DNA of 64,000 nt from assembly GCA_030704615.1 (NCBI GenBank), contig CM060733.1, positions 36,890,001 through 36,954,000 of the forward strand. Direction: 5' to 3'. The translations under genes were made by a program, and so were the position numbers. Position 1 is the first letter of the stretch. Each line of letters starts with the position of its first letter. The stretch comes from Takakia lepidozioides (Eukaryota > Plantae > Bryophyta). Of this stretch, positions 52,061 to 64,000 are shown in pieces. The notes beneath the pieces were generated by a model that ran no database searches, had not been told where the DNA came from, and saw only the letters and a list, made by a program, of their open reading frames with translations.

Positions 52061-54607
52061 GGACATCAACAGAATCAGGGAGGAAAATGGTCAGTCTCGA
52101 CGAAGTATCGTTCAAGAAGTTATTTTCGGATTTTTCGGGCAATCCGGGCAGATAGAAAGAAATTGTCGACGTACGAAATGTGGCGATGATGATGTGGCAC
52201 TATGGCACCCTATTCCAGCTCTACGCTAAACTAGCTCTCAACCTTCGGTCATCGCTAGAATTTTATCCTTACCCGACCGGGATTGTATGTGCACACAAAT
52301 TTAAAACCTGGACCTGGAGGGTTCATTTTTTTAATTAAAAAAGAGCAACACGGACCCCTGAGGGTATATTGAAAGCCCAACACTGGTTGTTACTTGTTAC
52401 CGGGTTAAATAACTGCGTGGACCCTCAATACTAGTCCAGGAAAAAAAAACGTCCTTTTAGGTGTATTTATTCCTGTGGTTTTGGGTGAGGTTACCTTAAG
52501 AGCCTCCCTACTAAACTGCCTCATCAAAAAAGGTATCTTGATATAATGGATGTTATTTTTTTTATCTTTTTGTTTTTTTTTGAAGGCCTGAGAGAGGTCG
52601 AAATTTTGTTTTCCAAAGAAAGGTTGAGGAAAAAATAACCTCAAATACAAGCCATGAAGGCTGAGGAAGGGGATGCCGGCTCCTTCAATCATAATATCGT
52701 ACCCTTGCATACTAGTTGGCTAGCTCTGTGGCTTGGGATGGTTAGATGCAGGTTGTGGTCAGTCTTTCATAAGGTTGCAGGAAGCCCCATTGGACCATCC
52801 CCCATGTTGCAGATTATTCACATTTCTGCCACCCACAGAGCTACTGACTGCACTTTAATCACAATAACACATGGTAACAACACAAATGCAATGATCCAAC
52901 CCTTCACTCGTATTACTATCCACACACATTCTCTACATTATACCGCCCTACCAATTCTGGTACAAGTCTTATTACTACATCACAAATACCATACATTAGC
53001 ATGCCCCTAAGGCTACCATATTAGGCTGTTGGTTAGCCATCCAGAAAATGCGAGGGACTGGAAGATAGAGTCTCGCTAAGCAGTTTATAGTCTAATTATT
53101 AGTGCTAATCTGCCGAATCGAGTGTGCAGGAAGTGTGGTATGACCAGGATTTGTGAACTGTCAGTGCGAAAGGGCCAAAGATGAGGCTCAAAGGTAAGCA
53201 TGCTATGCCAACACCCCAAAAACCTGCAGAGCAAACCAGACACTGCCATGTTAGGACTATCCTAGCCCCTATTTCCATTTCTTTTGTGTGGGTAGGAACT
53301 CTCTTTCCTTCCCATGATTTCCGCAACATGCTGTAGCATATTTCTATTAACATAGATGTAGTGCAACAGACTATCGTGACTCACCCTTCTGTTGAAAATC
53401 AACTAGACTAGAAGTAAGCAGCATTTCATAAGTGAGCAAGAAAATTACTGCAAGTAACGAAGGATCACATAGCATACCGAGTCATCCACTATGGACTCTG
53501 GGAAAGAGCCCTACATTGTGTATTTTAAGGGTTTTTATTGTTGTACCTTTCTGAACTGTCTGTTAAGGGTCAAATTAAAGGCATGTTCAGACATTGAAAC
53601 CTTGCAGATTAAAATGTCCTTCTTTACTGCCGCATTAGTCCATGGAATTTCAGCAAAAAGATGATGCTGCGCCTGTGCAGAACCTTGTCCTCCCACCAGA
53701 ATCTTCGCCAGAACAAAATCTTCGTATCCCCTCACACAGAAATGAACAACAGATTTATGACAGATTTATGTCCCGGGAGCCCTTACCTCATGGTCATGTG
53801 TGAAGGAAAATTGCGAGACTGGAAAGGGTTGTCATAATCGGCCGATACTGCCCCAACTTCGCACGGTACCAAGGAGCCAAAGGCAGCTCTCACAGGTGCC
53901 TCCTTCGCGGCTACCACTTTCCAGAGGATGTCTTTGGGGACTGACTCGAGTAGCCGGCCAACTACCACCTGCAAAGCAACTCCAGCCCTCTTTGGTGGTC
54001 ACATAGTGAGAATGCATACAGAAAATTTGATGTGTCCGGTTATGTGCTTTTCCCAGACTCACTGCTCAAAGACCCCTTCCATCCTCCCCTACAAAAGCAA
54101 CAGGTAGTAGTTACCCTCTGTTTTTCCTACTGTCTGAATCCAATCCAGAAACTCCGCCCTGGTGCAAATCATCAGAATTTTATGTGAATGTGAGTGCACT
54201 CACGAGTTGCTACGGTGACTGGCTCTCGCGCCCGCCCCACGCTCCCTACCGTGCAGTCACCCACCCCATGAACACACAAACAACCAAGAACAAAAACAAA
54301 AGCCAAGAAAGAACAAGAAGAGAAGGAGATGGATTGAGAGAGATGATGAAAGAGAGGGAGGTAGAGAGAGGGAAGAGAGGCAGGGAGGAGAAAGGGAGAG
54401 ATCACAAGGAGACGCTGCATACCTCTATTGCGCGCAATCCGAGCAAAGTATGCAATGTGCTTTATGTCTGCAACTGTGCAGTTGAGAGGCGAGATCTGAG
54501 GCTTGGAATAATTACCTCGTGGATGTCTAGCTCAACGTGCCTAACCATAAGGAGTTGTAATTCAAAGGTGTACAAAAAGACAATCGCTCAAAGGTATGGA
54601 CCTATAC

Positions 54608-55042
54608 CAGTGTTGGTCTGGTATCTGTATAAGACCCGAGTATCAACCCTGGTATCAGGGACCAGACCAGCCCGGTGTTAAGTTCGACAATACCAGGTCA
54701 TATACCAGACCAGGCTGGTATCCGTTTTCCCCTACCAGCCACAATACCAGTACCCTCCCCACCTCTTCCTCATTTACTCTGGTTACACACTATACTAGTT
54801 TATGTGTACATACCTGTACTTATTTATATTTTATTTTTTTATTTTTTATTTATTTTTTGTATTTGTTTTTGTACTTGATATTTGATAAACTTGTAAGTCA
54901 AATGGCTTTGGAATGATACCAGAACTGATATCTCATACCAGCTGGTATTGTGGTCATGATACTCATACTCATACCAGTATCTGTAAAAAAATACATTGAC
55001 CAGGACCAGTCTGGTATGTCCTTAACCTGATACCAGACCAAC
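54608..55042. mobile_element. MITE (hAT-like CAGTGTT start) rich in ATACCAG motifs
   Basis: 14-bp inverted repeat gttggtctggtatc (54612) / gataccagaccaac (55029-55042), with many internal ataccag/ctggtat copies. Confidence 0.55.
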
Positions 55043-56482
55043 GATACCAACATAATGATACCAATGAGCCAACGACCAAAATGCTCATGTGAGTTCAGAA
55101 GCTCAAACAGTATTGATCAGGGGGATGAGATGGGCACAGACATTATACAGAGAGCTGTTCACATCACCTATGCCTACAATGCTGTCACAAAGTAATGGGA
55201 ATTGCGCCATTGTGGCACTAAGCAGAGACCACATTTATCCTAAGATGAGGACTTAGACTGGCTTAAGTTGGCACTGTTGAGTGGGTGAGAACTGGTGAGG
55301 AGCTAGTTTATTGTCAGGGATGGTTTTCTGTTTTGGTTTGAAGGAATTAAAACTACATCAACACTCTTCAAGTTCTACCCAAAGCAGGAAAACAGTCTGG
55401 GGCTGGTTTTTGTTCGTATATCTCCCTCATATCTCTCATTGAATGCTGATTTTGGCGTTGGCCGACCAGTGAGGCACTTGGAAACCATAGCATCCTTCCC
55501 ATCCCTGCCAATGACAACATAATGGTGTGTAGCTGAAAGGAAGGACAGATTACCTCCACACGGTGGACAAAAAGTTCCAGCCTGTGGAAGGAGCACAATC
55601 GCAAAGAGAGGGAGACATTAGGCATCGATGTCACTTACTGCCTCAGTCTCAAGTCCTGAATATCTATCTGCTCTCTTAAGATATCCAGACTGAACTGAAC
55701 ACTTTCAAGCCTACTTTTTCAAAGGAAAGATGAAAGCCAAGAGCGAATACATGTCCAGTTCAGTCTTATGATCCAATTGCAATGGCAATCTGTCTTTTTG
55801 CTAGTGTTGGGGAACCATTGCGCAAGCCTGTGGACAGGAGGATGCTGGGGCCATCCTCCTAAACTTGTGAGGGCCATCTTCCCCAGAACTTCGCATAGAA
55901 CTTTGCATATTTGTGGACCTTCACTCTCCACGTGAAAGTTAGCTGTGGTAAACATTGGAAGAGATAAGATAAGATAAAGTTTCTTAAACATCCAGTGAAT
56001 TTACAGAGCCTACTGCTCAACACACAAGCCATCGAGGGCCCAATGGATGGTCTGAAGGCACATGTTGACGGATTGAACCCAGGATCACCTAGGTTATGCA
56101 CAGGCAAGGCACAAACACCCAACCACTGGGCTACCTGCTCAAGTGCAGTGATTTTATTGAAGCTTTGCCTAGTCCACGAGTCAAAAAAACAGTTGTCAAG
56201 CAGCAGGTTTAGGTATCAATCACTATCTTCAGTCATGCCACCAGGAGATAGTTACAAAGGTTGTGTCAAGTGTTCAAATAGCAACCAGCAGCCTTCTCCA
56301 ACATTGCTGGCAGCCCAACAGCTTGCCCTAGCCTACATCTATTAACACCTCTGACCCTCCCTCCCCACCAAGAGTAGTTAGTGGTGCCACTGAGCGGACA
56401 AAAGATGAAGCCAAACAGAATCTGACAGCGATGTGTCAAAATTGCACATATTCTGCAAACACTGTTACGCTAAACTAACCTC

Positions 56483-58848
56483 TTACTTCCTTTTTTGCTT
56501 TGGGGGCTCAATGTCTGAATCTGAATCCTCCTGCTGCTCCTCATGCTCCCCATCTTCATCATCATCGTCCTCAACCTCCTCTTCATTGTTACCTTCCGCA
56601 TCCTCCTCCTCCTCTCCTTCCTCTTCCCCATCATCACCCTCCTCATCGCCCTCCTCATCAATTTCATTCTTTGGTAATGGTCCTTTGATAACAATGCTTG
56701 ATCTAAAAGCGTAAGAAATGACTGACAACTGAATGAACAACCACTAAGTTAGTCAACCATAAGAAAAGTTGTCAGGGCTTCATGTAGTAACCATCGATGA
56801 GAAATAGCTGGAAAATGTCAGCCAAGGTAGATGTACAATGACATCCTAGTAATTGGTTCTGCATTTTTTACAGAGGTGTTTGCTAGTCATACATTGCTTT
56901 GTGTTCTCAGGCAGTCCTACAGGACCTATGGGCAACATCTCATTTTCAAAAATACGTGATAGTCACGTGGGAGATTCAATACGATATTATACACCCTAGC
57001 TTTTAGTGTGCGAGTTACCAGTGACTCCTCTAGTTAACCATCCGTTGACATGTCTCCTAGAAATCCTAAATAAACAACTCAAATCTCCACATGCACGCTG
57101 TTTGATGCCATATGCATTTTTGGTATGCCTCGTCCAAAACTACTTTGACCCCACAAAGTGATGCACAAATACAGTGAGATGAAACCTGAGCATACAGTCC
57201 AACTGGGAAATTCCAAATCTTCAAGTCCAGCCACATGCATAATATCAAGCAGAAATCTGCCCAAACAAAATGTGCTCCTTTTAAACTTTATGTTACTGAC
57301 CTCTTCCTCGTCCTCCTCCCCCTCTTCCTTTCCCTCGGCCTCCTCCTCATCCTCAGCCTCACCTTCCTCCTCACCTTCATCATCAATACCTTCCACATCC
57401 TCTTCCTCCTCACCTTCTCCCAGATCTCCTTCCACATTGTCTTCCTCATCATCGTCATCCTCTTTATCTGCAAAAATATACAGAGTGAAGATACAACAAT
57501 TAGGTGAGTGCCTGCTCAGGTCACACAAACTAGTAATACATCTACACCTATGGTCAGTTTATAACAAGGTCCAACATAGCCGACTGACGGGTTTGACAAT
57601 CTAATATGTGCTTCCTCTTCATCATATGTAGTCCTAGCAGAGTTAAAAAAAAGCAGTGAGCTTGCTATTTCTAGCACAGAGAACAACCTTATGTTTAACA
57701 GCTGTACAAACTCAAGCCCCTCATCAGAACTTCAATCTGTACATGTCCACCAGTGTCTGGGAACCATTGGACCAGAGGAAGTGGCCTATTGAAGCCCATA
57801 CAATTATATGAGAACCATGAATTGCTTTTTCCGAACATGCATCAAGTGACAATGCAATCCTACATGTATGGTACACAGCAATATGAGAAGCTCAAAGAAC
57901 AGAATGTACGTTTGCGGTACTTGTGGCCATAGACCCAGCACCCACTTCGGGCAGAACAAGAAGGAACAGACACTACCTTTGTGAGCGGCTCACTCCAGTA
58001 GTGGTACTTACCTCGATATAACAATTAGTTCGGGCTTTCCAGATTTCATCTAGAAAGCCCTTCACACAAGCCTCTGCTGTGTGAGCTCAGCAATTGGACC
58101 CCAACAGGACCAGGGATTTAGGCTCAGCCTTGAAATTTTGAAAGTTGGTGAACAGAGATGCAGGGACTATGTTCTTGATGGTCCTGGAGAGGGTCGCTCT
58201 CTGATGAGAATACCCCCAATATTGTATCAGAAAATGGATATTGTCTTCAGGCCGCCCTCACATCGGGCATTGACAATCTCCCTTTCCTCTCTGCATCTGT
58301 CTATTATTCAAAGGAGGACTCCCCACCCCGAGTTTATATTTCAGTCTCATGCCGAGGGTCGGTTAGCCCTTCAGATCATCCTTAAGGTCCCCACCCATGT
58401 CACAGACAGGAAACTGGAACAGAACAGAACAGAGACCAGAGAAGTGAGAGAAGAGCATCTAGAGGGGTAAATAAGAATGACAATAGAGCTGATCCCCACA
58501 GAAAACTGCATATCTTGGCTTGTCAAGAGGAACATTATTGCATCTAGGGATCTTTTGCGGCTGGCAGAATGCAACTATTGCCTTGAGGAACTCATGCGCA
58601 CTCAAATTGTTGTTGTTCACAAATGCAGCATTTTTTACCTGCTGGTGCAGATGTTAACCACTCAGCAGTCTCTGAGTTGCTCAGTTGGTCAAACTCAGAT
58701 ATGCCGCTCCTTCGGTTGTTGCATGGTCTGTCAAGTCAGCCTTGCAGTAACCGATGTCCTGTAGCCTGTCATATGCCTGCATCATCATGCTCCACTTTAC
58801 ATTGTCTCCTCTTAGATCTAACCAAAATCCCAAGTAACATTTCCACAT
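56483..58848 (-). pseudogene. Acidic-protein gene, copy 2 (damaged)
   Basis: Same exons as 13992-16451, but with a 1-nt deletion in exon 1 (near 58712) and a ~77-bp deletion that removes the last acceptor (near 56660). Confidence 0.65.
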
Positions 58849-61498
58849 ATCAGAAGCCCCTGGGAAGCCCTCTCCCCCTCCCTCTGCCTGCTCTCATCCT
58901 TCAACTTGCAACCCAAAAAAACTCGCTGCACAAGCTCCTCAGAGTTGTACCATAGCTATTTTCAATCCCATGCAAGACTGAATTCTGGAAGGGTAACGGA
59001 TAACTCGGATCCTGACTAGAGATGCATTAGCTACATGAGTCTAAGCAATTCGAACGAATAGCGCAGTAGTTATGGCACCTAGGCACACCATGGACGGTTA
59101 CTAGGTTCAAAAGTAGGAACCAAGAAGCCACCAAGCCAGCATGAGTTGTGGCTTTTATTACATCACCCACACAGCCATAAGGTTGGGCATCACATGGCCG
59201 TTTACAAGTCAATAGGGAAGACTCGACACTAAACCCCGGTCACACTAAATTAGCCATATCAGTGCCAACTTTCAAACAAGGGCTTGAGGGGGCATTAGTG
59301 ATGTTGGGGTTCTATTTTTCCACCTTTGCAACTGTTATTGGGCAAGTGAAACAACAGTCTACATTATGCAAGGTTGCATGGACAAGGAAAATACCCGATT
59401 AAGGACTAGAGTGTCAAACATCTTAAGAGACGTGTGGCTTAAAATTGTCAGCACTGGAAATAGCTCGAGAGCCAAAGAGACACTGCACATCACTCCCACC
59501 ATCATGTACGACTCTTATGATTACACTATGAGAAAGACTTGCCAGGTTCTGAAGATGGAACTGAAGGTTCACAAGAAGCAACTGCTGGAATGACTGCTGT
59601 CAATACAGTAAATGATATAATTTTAATAACTAGCTACGATGTGCAGAAACTACACCTCTATTCAGACTTGGAAATGAAGCTTGCCTATGTACATGGGAAC
59701 CCAGTTTGATTACTGGCCTGCTAAATCTCCCAGAACATGCAAATCTGCTGATCACAACCTGTCAATGAAATGCCTTTTGCCCGCGCAGGGCTCTTTTTCT
59801 CCTTTCCTCTTTTCTTTCCATCTGCTATGCTTTCTTTCTTAGGCCTTCCCTTCTGGCCCTCTTTCCCCCCTCTTGTGCTGGGTAGTTCTCTGTGTTCATA
59901 GCCCCTTGGAGGTTATTTTTCCTTTTGTATTCTACCCCTCTTATTCCAGGGCTTTCTATCAGATCCTGTTTTTAAAGAACCCAACAAACAAATGCAGCGG
60001 GAATGCTTCAAGCCGAATGGCATCACCTTTATGTCTCTTCTGTTTGCTTGCGGCCATGGGGGTCTAGTGGATGAAGGCTGTTAATACTTCCAATTCCATG
60101 AGCCGAGATTATGGTGTTACTCATACAATTGGACCATTTTGTGGACCTCCTTGGTCGCATAGGTTCATTGGATGAAGCAGAAGATTCCATTAGCAGAATG
60201 CCAATTGAACCGGATGCTGGGCTCTCTGGGTCCAAGTCCTTACATTTTAGCCTGTGGAGGAGCAAAAAAGCACCTAGCATTGAACTGGCTATGTCAACAT
60301 TCAGTTAGGTCAGTAGTTTTGACCATCGGAAGATGTGTGAAGAGGGATGTTGTTCCTTCCTACTTGGTGTTAGATACCAAAGCATTAGGAGCCAGTCCCC
60401 TTAACATGTATGACGATTGACGAATGCACCTTCCACCTTCTGCAGGAAGTTGCTTGGCATCTCTGATTTAGCCGCCACCAACTTGGTCAATAGAAGCCAC
60501 AACTTCAATGGATCTGCAACCAAACAATGACATGACCATTATTTAAGATGCTGAGGTAAGTTGATATGATCGCATGTAGTTTCACACTTTGGGAGTATGA
60601 TCTCATTGTGGACAGCAATGTACTATAGAAGGAAGAATAGGTCAGTTGCGTGCTGCACAATGAACTATAACAAGATGACATACACGTAACAATTTTCATG
60701 CATATCAACATAACTCATGGTTCCTTGCTCCACTTGTATACTGACCCTAGCTTGTGGCTTGTTATAAAAAATGTCAGGGAATGGCTGGAACTGCCACAGG
60801 TCAGGCACAATCCACCCACAAATTGAGGCAGGGAGACCTCCACACTTTCAATCTTAAGCGGGACTTTTTGTACACTTCCTTACCTTACCATGCTACATGA
60901 ATTTTTGTAATCGGCTTCTGTTTGAAAGTATTTCCACAAGCGACAGGTGACATGCAAACTTGAGTTCCAGTGTATGCGAGTCGATCTGACTACGAGAAAG
61001 TTGCCCCATTGCAACTTACAAGAGAGTACCTCTCAAATGATTGTGTACAATCTGGTGAAAAAGGGAGCAATCTAACCAGTCAAACTAGAAAATTCTGCAT
61101 GGTAGTCGAATCTTCTTGACATAACCGTATCTACAAATCCCTCATTTTGTTCTAGTTGAGGTGGATTGAAAAATTTCCTTGCAAATACAAAGCAAGATTC
61201 TGTGGCTTCCAGGGGGGACAGCTGGAAGGAAAGAGTAGCTGGAAAGAAAAACTGGATGGGCTGCGACAATGAATTGCAGGACACTCTGAGAGCTCTACTT
61301 CAAAAGAACTACCCAGACATCAACCCTCATACAATTGCCTGTACATTTCTTGCAAAGCCTACAACAATTTTATTAATGACCAACCTCAAACAATGTAAAT
61401 CTGGAAAAAGGGAATTTCTCACTTGATACACCTAGGGAGGACTAACTGACCGCAATACAAAGCCCCAAAACTTTCCAGCAAGATAGCAGGTTTTGGTG

Positions 61499-63688
61499 TT
61501 ATTGGCGTCCCACCACACCAGCAGCCAATGCTGCAGCAGACTTTTCTGCTGTCTCTTTCTCAAACTCTTTTCGCCTTTCCTCTGCATGCTGAGCCAGGCC
61601 ATGAGCCATAGCTTGGTGCTGAAAATCCAATGATCCGGAAAGGGCTTGGAATCTTGCCGGATCGGTGCCTGATATTGCTGTATCATACAGACAGCAGTTA
61701 CCAAGAGGTAAATTGAAACTGGAGGTATATACGAAACCGTTGACTTTCTATACTAATATCAAAGGAAAAAAAACACACCATTTTCATGCAGAAGACCTCT
61801 CCAACCTGTTTCTTGCATCCTTTCAATTCTTGGTGCGCAAGCATACAAGTGCTGCGATCATTTATACCTATTATCAGAAAGTTTTTTCGTGAAATGCAGA
61901 AACAAAGTATTGTTTGCAGCCTACTCTCTTACAGGAGGATACAGCCTAGCATAGCTACGGTAGTACACACCCATACACCAGAGTTACACACCTTTCATAA
62001 CATCAGAAAAGAAGATGAAGGGATCCACGTTGTCAATGGGTGCCTGAAACTCCTCATCGTCCGTAAACTCATCATAAGAATCATCGGAGTCATCCCCATG
62101 TGTTGAGAAGACTTTTGCCTGTTCAGCCCAGCAGAATCAACAGATCATCTCACCAAACAGATGAACATCAGTGTCAGTTCTACGTCCACACTCAGGCCTA
62201 AAGGAATCCAGTACAGATTGTGAACATGAAACGAGTAATCCAAATTGAGAATACCCACACTGATTTGAGGACACATGGCTTGACTCTACAAGCATGTATT
62301 CTACCTGAGCGGCCATTCTGGAGCTTGTGTTTCAGCTCCTTATCCCAGTCCCCGTCATCACCAGAACGCCAGCCATCCAAATCTTCATCATCCTCATCCA
62401 CATCCTCCACCTTACCTAACTCTATAAACAGACCCTCCCAGACATGTCAGAAAGTGAAGGAGATTGAAAAGACATACATGAACATTAAAAGAGCAACTGG
62501 GTACTGCCATAACAATGACGAAGACATGTCAAAGACGACAAATATCACAGCATCCAGAAGGCACCCTGCAAAAGAAATACGAATGTCATTAAAACAAGTA
62601 GAAACCAACCTGCGTGCTGATCCTTGTAGGCCACAAGCAGCTTGAGGAGAGCCCGGAAAACCTGATCCAGACCTACCTGCAACTCAGGTGGCATTGCTGC
62701 CACCGGCACTGGCAGCAAAGATACCATCCTCAATATGCAAACCTTCTTATCATGCTCCCTGTAACACACCATTCCCCAAAATGAGTAATCAGAAGGAACC
62801 TCAGGAGCCATATAAACGAGTTCAACAAGCCACTAGTTACAATCAGAAGACCACTTTCTTGTATGTTTCATGGTTAGTTGTTTCATGGTATGTTTCATAG
62901 ATAACAGGTGCCAGTCTTCCTTGTATGGCTTACAAATACAACAATACCTCGTAGGAATCAGTACCTGATGAAGTGAACAGGTTTTCCGGTCTTCTTCACT
63001 TCGTAAAGCATTTGAAACCAAGCTTGGAAAACTTCGCCAGTCACTCCCAATTTTTGTAGAATATTGAGACATAGGCCTGCATTGTAGTAGAGCCCATTTG
63101 CAACCTGCAGAAGTAGAATCCCACAAGCCTCGAACTGAAACTCAACCTATTAACTTGCTATTTAAAGTTAAAATGAGCTTTTCAGCAAGGTACATCAATG
63201 GTGTCAGACATCTTTTAAGGGCTAACCAACCAAGGAGCAAACAATTGGCAAAACCTGAAGAAGTGATGTAGGCATGCTTCACACTAGGAAGCACACACAA
63301 CCCCTTCATGATACAACTAATTCAACTCTAATTATTCCAAATGATACACAATGCCAGAAATTGCATGACTATCCGAATGAATTGATGAGTGATATTAAAT
63401 GACAAAAAGGATAGCGAGAGGCGAGGGGCCGGGGGGGTGTGGTGCTTTATCCGTCAACTGAGTCGCGCGAAGGTAAGTTCAGAGACCTGTGAGAGAAAGC
63501 AGACGTACCACTTCCATCACTAAGTCCTTCAAATAGTTCTTCCTGGTCTTTCGAAGACTTTCAACACTGACTTGTAAGTAGGGCTCCACCCATTGACCCA
63601 CACGTCCCCGGCAGTTTTGTAACACTGCCTCTATCAACTTTGGTGCTGGCTCGATATCACTGTCTTCAAGTTTGTCATCTGATAATAC
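61499..63688 (-). pseudogene. SAD2: Importin-beta SAD2-like C-terminal fragment, copy 2
   Basis: Same exons and same phase conflict as copy 1, plus a deletion in the acidic loop. Confidence 0.85.
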
Positions 63689-64000
63689 CTGTCACATCTT
63701 AACACTTTAAGCAGGTGCGATAAAGAATGTACTCATTAGGGATTGTCTACCGCAGCCTTGTGGCCATAGACCCTGCGTGCCCAGTTTGGGCGGAACAAAA
63801 GCGACCAGAAACTACCTTTGTGAGGGGCTCAATCCGGTAGTGGGACTTACCTTGGTATAGACAATTAGTTCGGGCTTTCCAGATATCCTCTAGAAAGCCC
63901 TTCACACAAGCATCAATCTGCTGTGTGTGAGCAGCCCAAAGTTAGACCCCAACAGGGCCAGGGCGTTAGGCTCAACCTCACGATTTTGGAAGTTGGTGCA

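Larger units (their letters stand above)
50452..64000 (+). repeat. Direct segmental duplication of 3547-22595, running off the window end
   Basis: Collinear near-identical blocks: 3547-5802 = 50452-52680; 12112-12813 = 52692-53400; 12814-22595 = 55301-64000. Confidence 0.95.

Noticed and set aside
53535-54000. Exon-like minus-strand fragments in the copy-2-specific block
   Set aside because: Splice-like borders are present but I could not assign a family or build a coherent gene.

Overview
Eukaryotic nuclear DNA with GT-AG introns, PLS-class PPR genes and plant-type transposons. It is most likely a non-seed land plant (moss-like); the taxon is inferred, not proven. Main contents: (1) a long PLS-E PPR gene (7504-10435) whose spliced N-terminus carries an OSB-type PDF-like motif, lying head-to-head with a pseudogene of the same architecture; (2) an apparently intact 3-exon gene for a hyper-acidic protein, and a 5'-truncated, frameshifted importin-beta SAD2/IPO7-like pseudogene; (3) a decayed PIF/Harbinger element (Myb-like gene + transposase) with captured WD40/TFIIIC-like exons between its two genes, next to an intronless coiled-coil ORF with a Mug135-like C-terminus; (4) a 13.4-kb Mutator-like element (36255-49640) with TIRs, a degenerate 9-bp TSD, a SWIM transposase and a convergent Ulp1-like accessory gene, both broken by a 3.4-kb internal inversion, and dense CAGWCTG/CAGCGGACTG motifs throughout; (5) a direct segmental duplication in which 50452-64000 repeats 3547-22595 but lacks the long PPR gene. 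Most coding sequence is pseudogenised. All family assignments come from motif recognition by eye; no database search was run.
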